A stretch of DNA of 64,000 bases, taken from contig OZ024743.1 in NCBI GenBank assembly GCA_964016885.1, forward strand, positions 116,498,001 to 116,562,000, written 5' to 3'. The position numbers were made by a program, and so were the translations under genes. The stretch is from Eledone cirrhosa. Its lineage: Eukaryota. Under the pieces are notes generated by a model. The model did not search any database. It worked only from the letters and a program-made list of their open reading frames with translations, and was not told the origin of the DNA. This document shows positions 27,560 through 43,232 of the stretch, piece after piece. Position 1 is the first letter of the stretch. Each line of letters starts with the position of its first letter.

Positions 27560-29020
27560 ACTCGTTAGTTAGGACCGTATTAAGAGAAAGCTCTAAATTG
27601 CTTGTGTTTGCAATTATAAATCATCACCTTTCTTGTATTAATTTTTTTTTTTCCGGTTATTATGTGGTAAAAAATTATTATAGGGTACAAATATGACAAG
27701 TTTTAACCTGAATGATATTTGCAGGCAAATTCCAGGACAGACCAAGAAATCTTGTACTTTTGGAGGGCTGTGACTCTATTAATACTCAAATTTTATTTGC
27801 CAGCTCTCTAGTGTTCCTTAACTTCGGGTTTTTGAATGAATGTGAGTGTACATACCATATTTTCTTTAACAAGTTCGATGTTGCTCCTATACATCTGAAT
27901 ACGTGATTATGTACTTCGATTTCACATTGATATATTATGTTTTCACACATACACTTATTCTCCAGGTGGCATTATCCGGATTTCTGCAGTTACAATTCAA
28001 ATGATTCCGTGATAGGTTCCTTGTTGCTGGAGTTCTTAGAGTTTTTACATTATTTGTAGGGTTGTGAGTGTAAATTAACATTATTTTCAGTACCTAAACT
28101 ATTGGTTTGGTATAGAGATGAATGTTGAGAGAAGGATATTTCCGTGTGTTTTCCACATACATGTGAAGGGAATGCGTTTTCTATTTAAGTTATTTTATAA
28201 CTCTCTAATATCCTGGTTGTAGACTAAAATAATCTAACTGTATTTCTATGTATTTCGTGACATCTCTGTGATTGCAGAAAATTTATAATATTATATTAAA
28301 GAATATGGAAGGTAGTTCAGATTTAATATCAGTATTAAATCCCACAGATATGATTTCTTTCTTTTTCTGTTAGGAACATAATTATGAGATGCTGTTTTAC
28401 CTTATTATTTATGTTATCAGAATGGCTATTTATTATATTGGTTCGTGCGATTAGTTCTGTATTTAGTATTGGGGTTTTTATTACGTCTGTAGTGCTTGGA
28501 ATATATATTTTCCTTAGTTTCATTCAGGTATTCTATTTTAGATTTATATCCTGCTTCTCCAAATGGATTACTATTGTATTCTGCGTTTTCCTTAAGTAAA
28601 TCTATAGTGAGAGTCGGGAAATCCTAAGTGATACGTTCCTAACTATAAAATTTATTATAGATTTAGGGTGGTTAGAATAACAACTAATAGAAGTTAGATT
28701 TTCATTATTCTTATGATAAGATTCCACTATACCAGAATTAAGATTTAAAGTTATACCTAGGAAGTTGGCCTGTCTAAATTCATGTTCGAATGTAATTGTT
28801 AACCCTATCTGGTTGAAGAATGATCTAATCTGCTTACGCCTTCTTTATAATGCCTGTTTGTATTTTTAACTAATAGAAGAACGTCGTCTCTATATGTGCC
28901 TCCTCGAAGTTCGTTCTATTCATTATAGAGTTTATGTGCTATGTAATAAGCAACTATATCCGTAACTTGTGCTCAATCACTTGAATCCATGAAGATATCG
29001 AAATTAATATCTCTGGAAAA
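27560..29020 (-). mobile_element. Highly decayed Penelope-like element
   Basis: Minus-strand remnants NFDIFMDS..*AQVTDIV, GGTY.DD, NFLGITLNLNSG, CNCRNPDNAT, IGATSNL and C...LELSL. Confidence 0.75.
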
Positions 29021-29149
29021 GATTATGAAATTTCTTCGGGAGATAGATCAACAGGTGGAACTGAGTACCGAGAGCTTGAGTGACATTACCAACTACAAAG
29101 CAACAAGAATGACAAGAAAATGAAACAAACATTATGATGTATATTCAAT

Positions 29150-29600
29150 ATCAGTCTAAGAGGAAATCGTTATTTCCCCACAAGAAAAGCAGATGCTGAA
29201 TTTTAATGCCAAGGCTCCAATTTAGATCAGTTGAACTGTACATTAGTTTATAAATTCGTGCATCAGTTCAAATGCATAGTATAACTGATGCAGATATAAT
29301 AACTGAGGCTGAGAAACTTATCACTACCTTCCTTGTGAGTTAGTTTATGTGGTGATAGAAGAAATTGACACTGACACTGAAAGGTTTTCCGCCACCCGAG
29401 GTTTCACTACAGTCCTGGAGTGTTACTCGAAAGAAGCTTTAAACGCGGAACGCGGAGAAGCGGAACAATACCGTCACATTTTAAATTCGACGCTCTACTG
29501 ACTCGGTCCGTTCGTCGCCTTCTTATTGAAGTAATGGAGTCGATATCTATGCCAATATGCAATGTGCAATCTATTCTTAAAATCCCACGTTGCCAATTGA
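29150..29600 (+). mobile_element. Possible hAT transposase C-terminal remnant
   Basis: Weak resemblance to the hAT dimerisation region (TTFLVS..., KGFS-like, RLLIEVMES.I). Heavily decayed. Confidence 0.3.
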
Positions 29601-30336
29601 CTTCGCCAACAGGTGAAGTGCTACAGCAGTTAGAGTATGTTGTTATAATATCTTATTATATATTGACAATGTCCATTATTTACTGCCAAGACATACACAC
29701 AACTTGTGATATTGCTTTTAAAAACTATATATATAGATATAATTGCATTTAAATATTTGATTAAGTATCTATCTTTTACTACTCCGTTACATCACTCCAA
29801 AAACGTCAACAAATATTATGAGGTTATATTTTATTGAAGAGTTTTAACATCCTGAGAAAGAAAAAAATAATTATATATATATAATTAAAATTTTTATTGT
29901 AATACTTTAACTGTCACCTTGTCTCACACTTATTTGGTTATTCCAATGACAGTTAAAATAGAGACAGCAGTTCAACTATATATTCAACATTGGAGTCAAA
30001 ATGAACCAGAATTCGATACATGGAGAAAAATCCTAGGTGTGAACCATTATAAAATTATATAATTTTTATCTCTTGATCAAAGCTAACTAACATTTACACA
30101 ACAACGTGTACATCTACAGATTGTTTTGGTAAATATAGTTTCGCATTTCTTCATATTATTTTCAAAATACTAAGATGGAGGCCGAGATTTTGCAGAACCA
30201 TTAGAACGAGAGAGAATGCTTTGTGGCATTGGTTCTGGCTCTCTAGGCTGTTTGAGTTCAAATCTCGCCGATGTCAACTTTGCATTTTATACTTTCAAGG
30301 TCGATATATAAAATATCAGTCCAGTTCTAGAGTAGA

Positions 30337-30393
<57 letters not shown>

Positions 30394-31929
30394 ACCACTT
30401 GCTTCCTTTCACAAGAAAACCTTAACTGCGGTACGACCTGAAAATGGCAGATTTAACATTCCCAAGGCACGTTGTGGGTCCCAACGGCACCTCTTTGACT
30501 CCTTAAGACTTTATCTACCGTTTTTATCTACTTGAGTAATACCTTATTTTATTTAAGAGGGAAAGTCGAATTTGAACTCGGAATGTAAGGAGATGGAGCA
30601 GATGCATTAACACATTTTCTCCAGCGTCCCATCTATTCTATTCTACACCCATGCACGGACGGACGGATGGATGGATGAATGTTATCATGATATTAGATAT
30701 TTTAAACCTGACGGAAACCATCTCTTATTTGAAAACAGCCGATTTCTTCTAAAGAAGGTGAGAGAGTGACTGAGAGAAAGGAAGAAAAGGATATAGATGG
30801 AATTCGACGCAAGTACAAGACTGGTGGACCACGGCTGGATTTGAAATCAGGAAGCGCAGTGAGCCGGAACGAAATCATTCTAACCAACGTTCTTATGAAC
30901 GCACACGCATATATGTAGAATATATACGATTCTATCACCAATATGGTGGTATATTATAAGTGAATGTTTGTTTATACAACTATAAATCGACCATTCAACA
31001 ATAACACGTATAACAGTATGTGCGCGTACGTAAGTGGCGATGTACCATAATCTATAATGACATTCACACATATACATTGGTACATACATACATGCCTACA
31101 TAATACATACATACATACTTAAACACATACTTACACACATACATACACACATATATAAATATATACATACATATGACAGATTTTGTATTATTTATGTGTG
31201 CAATTAAAATCAATGTTTGATTCGAACCAATTCAACGTAGCTGGGAACATAAGACCAGACAGTCGTCGGATAATTGTATGTTTAGTTCAAGAGAAAAATG
31301 TTCGGGTCATTTGTTTCTTACTTTTCCATTGGTCCATATAATTTATAAATTGTCACTGAGCTTTACAAGTTGCAACAAACACACATTCATTTCCTCGTTT
31401 TCTCATACTTTCTTTCTTATTTTCTTGAGCAAACAGGCCTACTCTCACAATATACACAGAAAATACACACATTATCACACAAACAGAGGGACAGACATAA
31501 ACACAAAAACACTCACAAACACTGTGATAAGCAGAAGTGTGTTTTTGCTATGTATTTTTACTTCCTCTTGTCCAATTATTTATTATTAAATATTTGCATC
31601 GTTTCTCATGTCTACTCCTAGAATATATATTAAACATACTTAGATCGATGGTCTGGTTTTTTTCATATTTATTCTATTTTTTTATTTTTGTAAAAATCAA
31701 ACTTCTTGTTTATAACATTATCGTCTAAAAACAAACTATTGTGAATTAAGTTTCAGCTATAATAGATTATATTGCTTTACGTCTGAGATTGTGGTAGTGT
31801 GTACCTGTGTGTATGTGTATGTGTGTATGGCTGAGAGTATGCATGTGTATCAATGATGAGATGGAAGTGTAGTTAGGGCCTCAGAATATACTACTACTAC
31901 TGATAATAATAACAATAATCATAATTGTT

Positions 31930-34035
31930 TCATTTATTGGCCACAAGGACCGACAATCCAATAGACAGAGACAGTGGAGGGTTTTAAACAAAAATCGAGT
32001 AAATAATAAAAAAAAAAAAACAATAACAATAAACAAGAAAAATACATCGATGAAAATTCCTTAATAGAGGGATAACCACTCAGGGGCGTTTCAGGCACCC
32101 TTCCCACCTAAAGTTATTTACCCTACAGGCGCATGCTCAGTGTAGGCCTATGTAAACGGGCCATTCTCACATCTTTTAGCAAATGTACTAAGGGGAGGGG
32201 GGGCAGCACTTCTCTCTCCACCCTCGTCTTCCTTTCCAAGTGAAACTTGAAAAAGTCGATGAGTGATTGGCCGAAGAAAAGATGGTTCACTACTGCCATC
32301 AGGCAGAGGTAAATTGTCTGCCATTCCGGCGAAAAGAAGGCGATGGGTCGTTCTTCACGCGGCAACAGTGGTTCGACATAACTTTACAAGTCAGTAATGC
32401 ACGGACAGTGGAGAAGTGCGTGCAGGGCGGTTTCATGGTTCTGCACGCAACCCGGGCAGGTCCATCAGACAGCAATTCTGTGCCTGTAGAGTTTATCTCC
32501 TACCGGCAGGGCACCTCCGTATCACTGCCAGCGAGGGATTTCTGGAAGTTATCCATGGAAGTTATCCTGATGAGATTCCGTGCCTTGTAAAGGGAAGTAA
32601 GCGCATGGCAACATTCGAGATACCAGGCGACCAGTCGTGCTCTCTTATTGGCGGCTGACTGCAGCTCAGTTAAAAAGAGGAGATGCGGAAAGGCCTGTCT
32701 CACAAACGGTGAACTGGTGTGCTCACCTTTTAGGCAGGATACCTGGAGATTCCGCATGCTCATCGATCTTTGTGCATCATTAGCCATGGTATGCCCAGCC
32801 CTCCACGTAGAGGGTGCTGGCATCATATGGACTCATTCACCAACAAAACCTGTCCCCTTCACAAGAATTCGAAGCGGAGTTGTTCCAATTTTACGAGGCG
32901 CCAACGGGTGCACACCATCACAGTCAGCTTGTCGTAGATGACGGAAGGTGTGTACTTTCGCCACCTACACCCGATCTTTCATGAACTGCTTCATCACGGC
33001 CCATTTCTGGGTGAGAGTGGTTACCCTCTTCGTATCCTCATTCCAATTCTTATCAAACTGGATGTCTGGTCCGAATCAATCCCCGAGGGAATTTAACGGT
33101 CCGTCCGTCCAGTACCTGTCAATGTTGTTGGACGGAATGAACCTGCCTGTGCAAGTGCTGAGCTGCAAGCCCACCAACTTTTCCGGGGTTATATATGCTC
33201 CCGCCTAACTTTCATATTCCTTCAAGAAGGCGATATTGTCTGCATATGCCGACACAACCTTTCCGCATCCCTGTTCGCACGGGGTGCCCTGCAGCAGCTA
33301 CAGCTTCTGCTGTAAAGGCTCGAGAGTCAATATGTAGAGAAGGGAGGAGAGAAGACACCCTTGACAGACCGATGCGGAGACCCGTGACAGTCCTGAAATA
33401 TCACCATGAACTTAAACCGAGAAAATACCACTGTTCATTGCTGCGATACAGCCTCTGAAGACGGGACCGAAGTCAGCTGCACCGAGGAGAGCCTGCAAGT
33501 GTCGAAAGCTTTCAATTGATCTAATCTAATCACATACCATCGAAGCCAGGTTTATACCTACCCTCTCTATATTGTATCGTATGAGGTGGAGGTGGTCGTG
33601 TTTTTAATTACCTTGTTACTTTTGGAGTTCTTGTCATAGTTTACTTCATATTTTTTTTTGTTGCTGTTGGTACTGTCGTTGTTCGTGTTGTTCTTGGTGG
33701 TGTTGTTAAATTCGTTGTTGTATGTTGCATTTGTAATTATTAATATTTTCTTTCGTTGGTTCATAATTGTGCTTGTTGTTGTGTCGTTCTTCTCAACCAT
33801 TAAGTCACTATCACGAGACGACGGACTTGGTGTTGGGCGTCGTATCTCGTCCATTTTTTTTAAATAGACAAAAAAATATACGAAGTTCAAATATTTGGGC
33901 CAAACGGCCCAAATATTATAAAGTTTTCCAGTCACAAGGCAAACACGGACGTCTTAAGACCCCTTTGCAAAACAATAAAACGAATACTTAAATAGAAAAA
34001 AGCTTGAAAATTCACTACCTTGTGGAGCTCTCAAA
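31930..34035 (-). mobile_element. L1/Tx1-type LINE, internally deleted
   Basis: ORF1-like N-terminus (33567-33935), YAD-like RT remnant near 33240, YWTDGPLNSLG, and C-terminal zinc region PARVACRTMKPPCTHF...F.FHLERK.RVER. The 3' end is near 31930. Confidence 0.75.
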
Positions 34036-37000
34036 ACTAGGATAATATTATTTGGTGCCGTTTGAAAGTGTATCAATTGCCATCATTTCATATACTCAGA
34101 TGGAAATATTTAAAATTCATATATTATGTCCTTGTCCATTGCGACTCTTCATCTTTATATTTAAAAAAAAGTACTCTACTCCATGTTCAAAAAATAATTG
34201 GTGGACCTTTTAAGAAAAAAATAAGCACTAAATTTAAGTTATAACAAATCAAATAAACCAGACCACATCTCTCACATTTACTTTGTTAAGGAAAATATGA
34301 TAGAGAAATTATTGTTTCCGGGCTGTTTAAATGCAAACTAATAAATATTATAAAAAATGACGATAAACGCTTATTATAATATATTGATTTGTTTACCTCT
34401 TCACCAAAAATATAACTTTAATTCAATAATCAAGTAGAATATGACAGCTGGTGCCTTCGATAGTTATTGGTGCATACCAATTTTGTTTTCGATGATTCAA
34501 TGTTATTTTCAAAAATTATAAAATCAAATTCAACAGACAGACAGTATGAACAAGTGAAATAATTTCTACGTAGTCGCTGGCCTTTCTAGAAATAAAAGCA
34601 AGATCACCTCAAACAAAACCATACAGTCGTATAGATTATTAAATAATGTAATATTAAATGATATAATATTATACACATATTCCTACATATCCCTAAAAAC
34701 GTGATTTGCTGGTAGGAATGTCAGTGATCATGAGCCTGCTTCATCGGGGATAGGCTGGTACTAAATACTACTACAGCTGTCACACGCAATTGATCATGAC
34801 TTGGTGTTTCGAACCATGCATTCACTTTGTAACATACTTTCACTAATGATTTTAGGTGTCCATGAAGCAATGAGTAGACATAAACACACTTTCGGTCATC
34901 CTGCTTTTATCTAGAGAAACATCCCAGATGTGTCGCCGGGACGGATAATAGTCTGCACCAACTCTAGGGTGGTACATGTTATTGACCCTGAAATAATGAA
35001 ATGTGGACCTCGGCGGGATTTAAACTCCGAATAGCAGTAACGCGAAACAAATATATTCAACGCCCAACGGCTGTCCCAAATCGACTACCTATTTTGGAAC
35101 TGAACAACCAACCATGACTAAATCACTAATTATTTAATAACCCCTCACCTCCTTTCCCTTTAATATCCAGTATTTATTCAATATTGATCTCTGGCTGAGT
35201 TTACAATCGCAAATAAGAAGAACAACCAGGGTCGCCCCTAGGAGCATTGGATTTGGTGTATTTCATACTTGATTCGTTTGCTGAATACAATGAGGGGTCA
35301 CTGCTTCTTCTGGAGGTCAATAGTCCTCTTCTACCTCGAGTAGGAGCGCCTTTCCATTGTCAATTTGCATTGATCATCTGCAAAGCCGCATTGTTCTCAG
35401 AAACACTACAATAGTCTGTTGATGCGTGCAGCTGGAACTACTGCCACCCATTGATTTGGCAGGATCGCAACTCATTTCTACAGCTGAGTAAACTGGAGCA
35501 ATGTGATGCTCAAGGACGAAACACATCATCCGGTCCGAAAATCGAACTCACAAATTTCGATTGCAAGCCCTACGCTCTAACTCCTACGCCATGCACCTAC
35601 TTTATTCAATATTGCTGTCTCCTTTCCTATCATATCGAGTGATGACAATATTCTTACTATACAGACCACCCTGTCCTTCATGCCTCTACTACTCCAGGTT
35701 TTCTAACGCATAAGTATATAAATTACGGCAGAATCAAGGGAAGTACTACAGAAATTCCAAATTTTAGATTTTGATTTATTTTCAAAAAGTGTAATCCTTC
35801 TAACCCTGGCGAATAGAAATAACTCTTCTTACACCAACAATTCTTGTCTAGGTTATATCACACTTGGTCCGTTCTTAACCTGATTTTCTACTGTTTCTTC
35901 TAGTCTTGGGATTCTAAAAAATCATGAATTTCACTAGCGGGTAAAAGCTTTGTGTTTATATTAGACGTCAGTAATATGAGCAAAATCTGAGAATAGTGGG
36001 TTTGTCTTCTATTTCTTTACCTCACCTTTGTGCCGTGTTTTGCTTTTCGTTCTGTAAAACAAAGCACTCTTCGCCAAACTTTGACGAAAAATACACCGAA
36101 TATAAAATGAATAAATACTATCAAAGGTTTTAAGGAAATCGAAAGTAAAAACCGAAAGTAAAAATATTTTGCTGATATTAATTTGCTATGGAATTCAATA
36201 AACGTTTCAAATATGTGTGTATAAACGTTGATCTGTAACAATAGTGATAAACGCCGGAGTAAAATAAGATAGAAATACAAAATAGGCGGGGAAAACATGT
36301 ATCCTTATCTGGAAAATATATTATAGATGAAATATCAAGATGAGAACGACTAGGAAGTAAATTCATGTAAAGCACTTGCACACACACACACTCGTAGACA
36401 CACAGAAAAGAGAAAAAACACCATTGGCATAAATAGATTGGCATTACAGAACCAATGCTTAACCCCCCAAAATCATAAACTACTACGTAAACAAAATAAT
36501 GAAGCAAAAGATTAATGGCATCTGTAGAGCGACTTTTTGAATGTACCATTCTATTCATGTTTCCTAAATTCTAGCAGGAAGAGAATAAACCACATTCTTC
36601 ATTCCTAAATCAGAACGTGGTAAATATGCAATTATTTCAAAGTCAGAACAGCAAATGTGTAGTATTCACCAATATTTATACTTGACAATGGGGCGGGGGG
36701 GGGGGGGGGGGCTAATATATTCTGGCAATTTATATAAAGTCAGATAAAATATATATATATATAATTCAAGCAAAAAATTGAAGATAGAATGATGTTATAC
36801 TTCCAACTATATCCTTACTCTGACAGTCATCTCAATGTTTCTATCTAAAATATTGATCGCTAACGTTGGCGCCCAATAGGACAGTATTTCATTGGCATTT
36901 TATTTTATTGGCCTTAGAGGGGAAAAAATCGAAAGAGAACTGAATGGATTTGAAATCCTGTTATGAGTTCTAATATATATCACAAGGCAATATATCCTAC

Positions 37001-37689
37001 CAAGGTAAATATTGCGCTATGGAAAAATACAGTCACTACAGCTGATACAACTTGGGTATGCATAGGGAATTAGGATGCTTAGTCTATAGCTTATCTTATA
37101 TTTAAGTTGTCATCTTCAGACTAGTACCACAAATCACGTTAGATAGTGTATTGTTTTGCAAAATACTTTAAAATCCTGATTAGAAATTCTTCTTGGGTAT
37201 TTTGTGTTCATGCAAAGGCTTTTTAACGAGTGTGTTGTCAATAAAAACCGCGTTTCTTCGGGGTTTATTTTTTTCATATTATTTTCCTGGTCATGTGTAG
37301 TTTCTTTTTTTGATTTCTCTAACATTGTAATAAAGAAATTCTACTCAGAATAGTGGCTGGTCTTGTTATTACTTATTTTCTATTATTGATACTACTCATA
37401 CGCTGCATGTCTTAGTAATTGCTTGCGTGATATAACTCTTACAAGAAACATAGCTCACAAAATAAAAGATTAGCAGTATGTTTCCTTCGGATACAGCACA
37501 GCTCAAACAAGATAATTACTATCTGAGATTACCAACCGATTTTTTTTCTCCAGATAATATACTTTGATACTTGATGTAATTCATTTTACATATTTGGTAT
37601 CATGAAAGAGTTAAAGTGGACTCAAACAGAAAATCCCGTTTAAATGCTGTTGTGCCTAAAGTAGAAACAATTATTGTTGTTGGGGTTGT

Positions 37690-39310
37690 GGTAGCTAAAG
37701 TGTGGAGACCGGTCACACCACCACCACCATTATAAAAGGCACAACACATTTAGTGAGTATTGCCAACATCAACAACCAAAACAGCATCACCACAACAGAA
37801 ACAAAGCAGATGAGAGCAACAACTGCAATAATGGTCACAACACCAGCAACAAGTGTAACATCAACAACAACATAAACAGCAAGAAGAGCAAAACAATTGA
37901 GAACAACAATGACAACAACACCAACAAAATCAGCAACAAAGAAAACACCGCCATATGAAAATATGAAAAGCAACAGTAACAGCATCATTAACAACGTGAA
38001 CAACCAGAACACTTTTGCAGCCACATCTTCTAAAGCTCAAACTTTGTACACCATTAAAACAAAAGAAAGAAAAATGTTGAGCCGAAGCGGCAAAACTCAT
38101 CACCAGAAAAAAATCCTGGGCCATTTTAAACGTCACAGCAGAAGTGATGGTAGCGACGGAGAGAGGAACTCTAAGATATAGATACATTTGGGTGCAATCT
38201 CAAAAAGGGGAGATGGCTTCCCAAGCAAAAGTAGAGGCTGCTCGGAAACCAGGACTGATGTCCACCAGGACTGATGTCCACCATAGCACAGAGTGGGGAA
38301 ATTAAAAAATAAGGGGGGATTTCTGCCACCTACAACTTCAAAATGCCGCAGTCACTAATGATGGTTCTATTGGAACCACAAACTACATTAGGGAGAGCTT
38401 CCTGCAAGACGACCAGTCTAAAGTTTGTCTCAAGCCAGGAAACTCATCAGGAGAGTGCTTATACAAGTTTCGTGGCGGAAAGCAACTGAGAGTACAAAAC
38501 TCTCATTCCCCTCCATTCCTAGACAGAATGCCACTTCAATGCAATATTACCCCCCCCCCCCCAGCTATTGATGGTACACATTTTCAGCAACATATACTAG
38601 AAACACACGAAGGGAAGTATTATTGATGAAGAACACAACACATAACCCCGCCCAGCAATCGAAACCACAATATTATGATCGTAAGTCCAAAATCCTTGCC
38701 ACTAGACCACGCACCTTCACATGAAAAAGCGATAACCAGGCTTTTAAAAGGGTTCCCAAAGAAACACCCACCGGATACGGAGATCAAAATACTCGATCTC
38801 CAAAAGAGCCGGGAAGGTAAGTAGCCCCTCACTTTTTCTCTTTTGATCAACTATCCAATATGGCAATCTTAAGAATAGGTTGCATAAATATTCTTGATCG
38901 TGGTTCATCTTGGAAGTAGTGTCGCTTTTTGAACGATCTCAGATCATTACATATTGATCTAAATGCCGTAAGCGTGTCCAAGATTTCTGACAAACGCGCT
39001 CTGACCCCCATTTTCGACGCCTATCAGATCTTCGCATTTCTTATCTTAGTCGGCCGGGAATGAGAGTTGGAATGATAGTTCTGTTTAGGAAAGGCTTCGA
39101 TTTTGAGATAAGGACGGCCTTCCTGGACCCGAACGGTAGGTTTGTGGTCCTGGACGTATGCAGTAGCGAAAGTAGTGCCTTTAGACTGGTGAACGCCTAC
39201 GACCCGACCGAACGGATTTCTTTAGGCGCTTGGAAGCCCTTCTAGTAACATCTCTCCTTTTACTGTTAGTGTGTGTGTGTGTGGGGGTGACTGGAACGGC
39301 ATATTAGATA
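37690..39310 (+). mobile_element. L1/Tx1-type LINE 5' part (ORF1 remnant + APE endonuclease)
   Basis: MAILRIGCIN at about 38860, VGMIVLFRKG, DPNGRFVVLDV, FRLVNAYDP and GDWNGILD. Frameshifted. Confidence 0.75.
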
Positions 39311-42300
39311 TTCGCAACATCGCCTTCATTAAAAGTGTCTCTTCAGTGTGCATAGATCGGACCGCTATTTTGCGGCAAAAGGGCATTAACTCATTAACGG
39401 TCGTATAGTAATTTGTTCAGATAAACATTATTCTTTCAGATGTAAGTGTTTCTTTTCTTATGCCTTACACATTTCTCTTTTCATTGACCTGCCTCAAACA
39501 TCATGCCACTCCCACATTTTTCATTCCCTTTCTACAAGCAAAAGAAGACAAGGAGCTACTGTTGAAAGAGAAGCCTTGATGTTGTAGTTCGTGGAATTCT
39601 GGTCACTGGTTTCCTTGTTGATTTTCTGATTAGCTTAGCTTCTGTGACAGAGTACGAGGAAATTTCTGCATTTTCGGTGTTGGAGAATTTTCACTGAGAA
39701 TAGTTGCATTCGTGGAATGTTGTTATTTGTGTTACCCATTATTTTCTAGCTGTGTCACTCTTTAATGATCCGTTACCAACATATCTTTAGTAACTAAGAT
39801 TTTAAATCTGTACTACCAGTTTTAAAGCCACAATACCTCTGAAACAATTCTGCAATTGCTTTGTAATTTTCATGTATTTCCAGGATTTGTATGTCCATTG
39901 AGACTCCAGTTGGCGAAACATTCTTATTGACCCCGTCAGCTGTGACCACCTGCTTTTATTATGCCAACAAATGACGACTTTCGGTTGATAAATGCCATCT
40001 GCATTGTCTTTCATGGCGAAAGTTGTATGTCATTTTTATCAATACATTAACAGAGGGGAAAGCGCGTGACGCTATTACTCAAATTGTTTTATGTCTAATC
40101 ACGAAGCATATGTTACACAGAATCAATTTGTTCTTTTGAGCCAACAATACAAGACGATGGAACTCTGGAATGGCGCGAATACATCAAGTCAGTTTTCTCC
40201 TTATTAACAGCTGTGTTATTGCTTTACACAAAAGGCACAATATTATTACATAGTGCTGCTGTTGGTGAAAATGATGATGATATTGCTGATGGTATATTAT
40301 GCAATAATTTAAAAAAATTATTTGTGAGAAGCAATTTAACATTTCAATATTAGAAATGTTCTTGTTGAGAATTATCCCAAATATCCTACTGTTTATTTTC
40401 TTTTAATTCAATCAATCCATACATCTTGTCTTTACAAATATGGTTCATTGTTTTCGTTAACATTTTTTCTATTTGTGTATTTATTTGTATAATTCCCACT
40501 TATGTTAATTTTTAATTTCAACTCGTTTTTTTTATTCATATTCTTCTTTTTAATTGTGTGCAGTTTTTTCTTTTTACTTCTGTGCAGTACTTTTCTCTCT
40601 CTCTAACAAAAATATTTATGAACTACACACTTAATCCACATTACATTATCAATAATATAGATACATATCAATTTTTAAGTATCAAGTGGAACTGGAATCA
40701 TGGATTTATTATTATTTTCTCCTTCAATCGGTGAAGACTTTATTGATTTCATTCGCGTTGTTTATTTTCTTTGGTACTTTTGTTGGTTGTTGTATTGCTA
40801 GTTTTTACTTTTTGTATATATTGCCTTTGTAAAAAGAAAAATACAATCTTCATTTATAAGAGTGGAGTAGAGAAAATATGTTTTAAATAATTCATCAAAT
40901 TAATCTTTATGAATGTTTATCCTCCTTTTAATACCAATTTTTAACGAATATTGGCACAAAGATTTCACATGACACGTCATTACAACACTTACAGTTATTA
41001 GTGGTGATGGTGGTTGTGGTGCTGTTGTTGGTTGTCCTCGTCGTAATGGCAGTAGTGGTGGAGGTAGGGGTGGCAGGGATGGATGTACTGGTGGTTGTAG
41101 TAATAGAATTAGTGGCAGTGTATGTAGTAGTGGTAATGAAAATCGTGATGGGTATGACGTAATGGTAGTGTTGGTAGCTGGAGTGCTCGTATTGATGGTG
41201 GTTATAGCGGTTGTGGTAGTAGTGGTGGTGATAGTAATAGTGTTATTAGAGTAGTTGTCGTGTAGCTGTTCATAGCAGTTTTATGATGTGTCTGCAATTT
41301 GTCTTTTGCGCTGCTTCTGTTATTTGTGTTGGTATGGTTTCTGCTGTTCGAAAATATATTTTTTTAATTTGCAAACTTAACGTTCTTTCAGATTCATCAT
41401 TACTCTTTGCGTTAGTGTGTGTATACGTGTAAATGTGTTTGTGTATGTATTCATGTATAGGTGTATGTGTGTACATGTGTGTATGTACAAGTGTGCATAC
41501 ATGAGCATGTACATGTGTGTGCATGTATGTGTACATGTAGATGTGTATGTGAATAAGCGTATGTGTGTGGACAGTTCTATGTATATAAGTTTAAGTGTAT
41601 ATAAACGCTTTATAACACTGAGTATTCTAAAGTGATAAAAATATAAAAAAATTGAAGTTCTTTTATCCAAATACAGAAAATAATGATTAACTTTGATTTG
41701 TTTGAGCTTTTTTTATTCATAGATTTTTATGGACTTCATCAAATTTCGTATATTTATGAATGGACACGTAACTCCTGGTGGAGTGGTTGGGGCACCGTCT
41801 TGGTTATTTTAAACCTGGTGACGCCCTTCCTCTTACAATGTCTGAACACAGACGATTTATTCCAGGGAAAGAGTGAGGGAGCCTATTAGAGATGATACGT
41901 GAAAGAGAAGCAGTGGACGAAGGAATCCTAGTATTGGATTGTTGTACTTCTTATTGACCAAGAAAATCAATCTCGAAAACTCGAAAGGGAAAATTCACCA
42001 CGGTGGGTTTTGAATCAGAGAACGCAGAGTGCCGGTCGAATTCCGCAAAAGATTCTATTTTATGTTCTAACGACTTTGCCAATTCGTCGCTTTCCAATAT
42101 ACTTTACATTTGGTAAAGTATCACTTCATTGGGATAAAATATCTTATGAAATTATGAACATTCAGAATTTTGAATTTCAAATTCCTCGTTTATAGATTTG
42201 GTATCATATGGACTTATGAAACATTTATTTTGTTTGTTTGTTTTATAGATGGGTCATGTGTTTTATATGGGTCATGTGTCTGCGCAACAAGAAGAGAAAT

Positions 42301-42930
42301 TGGGTTTCCTAGCGTACAATACTAGCTTTCTTTTAACGGAATATTAAGAAGATATTATGAAAAATATGTGTCAATAATCAACGAAATGGAAATCCATGAA
42401 TGCTCGATCAGTACTATAGAATTACATGAGTGTATTCATTCAATCCTCTGTCCCATTTCAGAAATATCTCCACAACAGTCTTTGTGCTTCAAGGCTGGAG
42501 AAGAAGAACGCTAATTACTGGGTTTTCTTTCAGCCAGTTAATAACGGTAAAAATCCATAAACTAATTCTGTCCTATCACGAACGTCATACGTGTTTTTAT
42601 GCACCTTCATTACAACCATTTCATCTAATAATTTACACAATGCTGTCCTCGATTGCTTTCTTTTATGCAAGAATTTATCTCAAGAATAAATGAAAAAGTT
42701 ACAAGGAACACCTCAGGACTTAATGATATAGTAATTATTGGAAGAGAAATTAAATGATATTTATACTTACTGAAATTGCAGAATTACAAATGGTGACACT
42801 TATATGTATACAAGCGTAGAGAGCAAATGGCCATAAGAAAACTTTCATATACGTAAGAATGTATACATATGAATGGGCATATATATCTATACATATGTGT
42901 ATACATGTATATATGTGTGTATGTATATGA

Positions 42931-42976
<46 letters not shown>

Positions 42977-43232
42977 GGTGCAAACTCTGTTAGGAGTATT
43001 AGGAGTATTACAATCGCTTGTCAGATTAAAGAGTTTGGAGCCTTTTATAGGCTACGGCAAGCCACACGAACCTGTAACATATACCGCACAAGCAATATTT
43101 CTTTGCCTGGAAGGTTTTTTTAAAGTGAGGAAAGGCCTTGCACTCGACTAATCCCAATTTCTGAGCATCGAAAACAATACCCGAAAAGGTGAACTAATCA
43201 ACTAATCGGCTTCCGAAGCCGCAGGTTTTTAT

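Noticed and set aside
39630-39740. Short minus-strand ORF MGNTNNKHSTNAT... (36 aa)
   Set aside because: Too short, with no recognisable homology or splice support.
42249-42345. Possible exon after ttgttttatag
   Set aside because: Stops occur in all three frames and there is no clear donor site.
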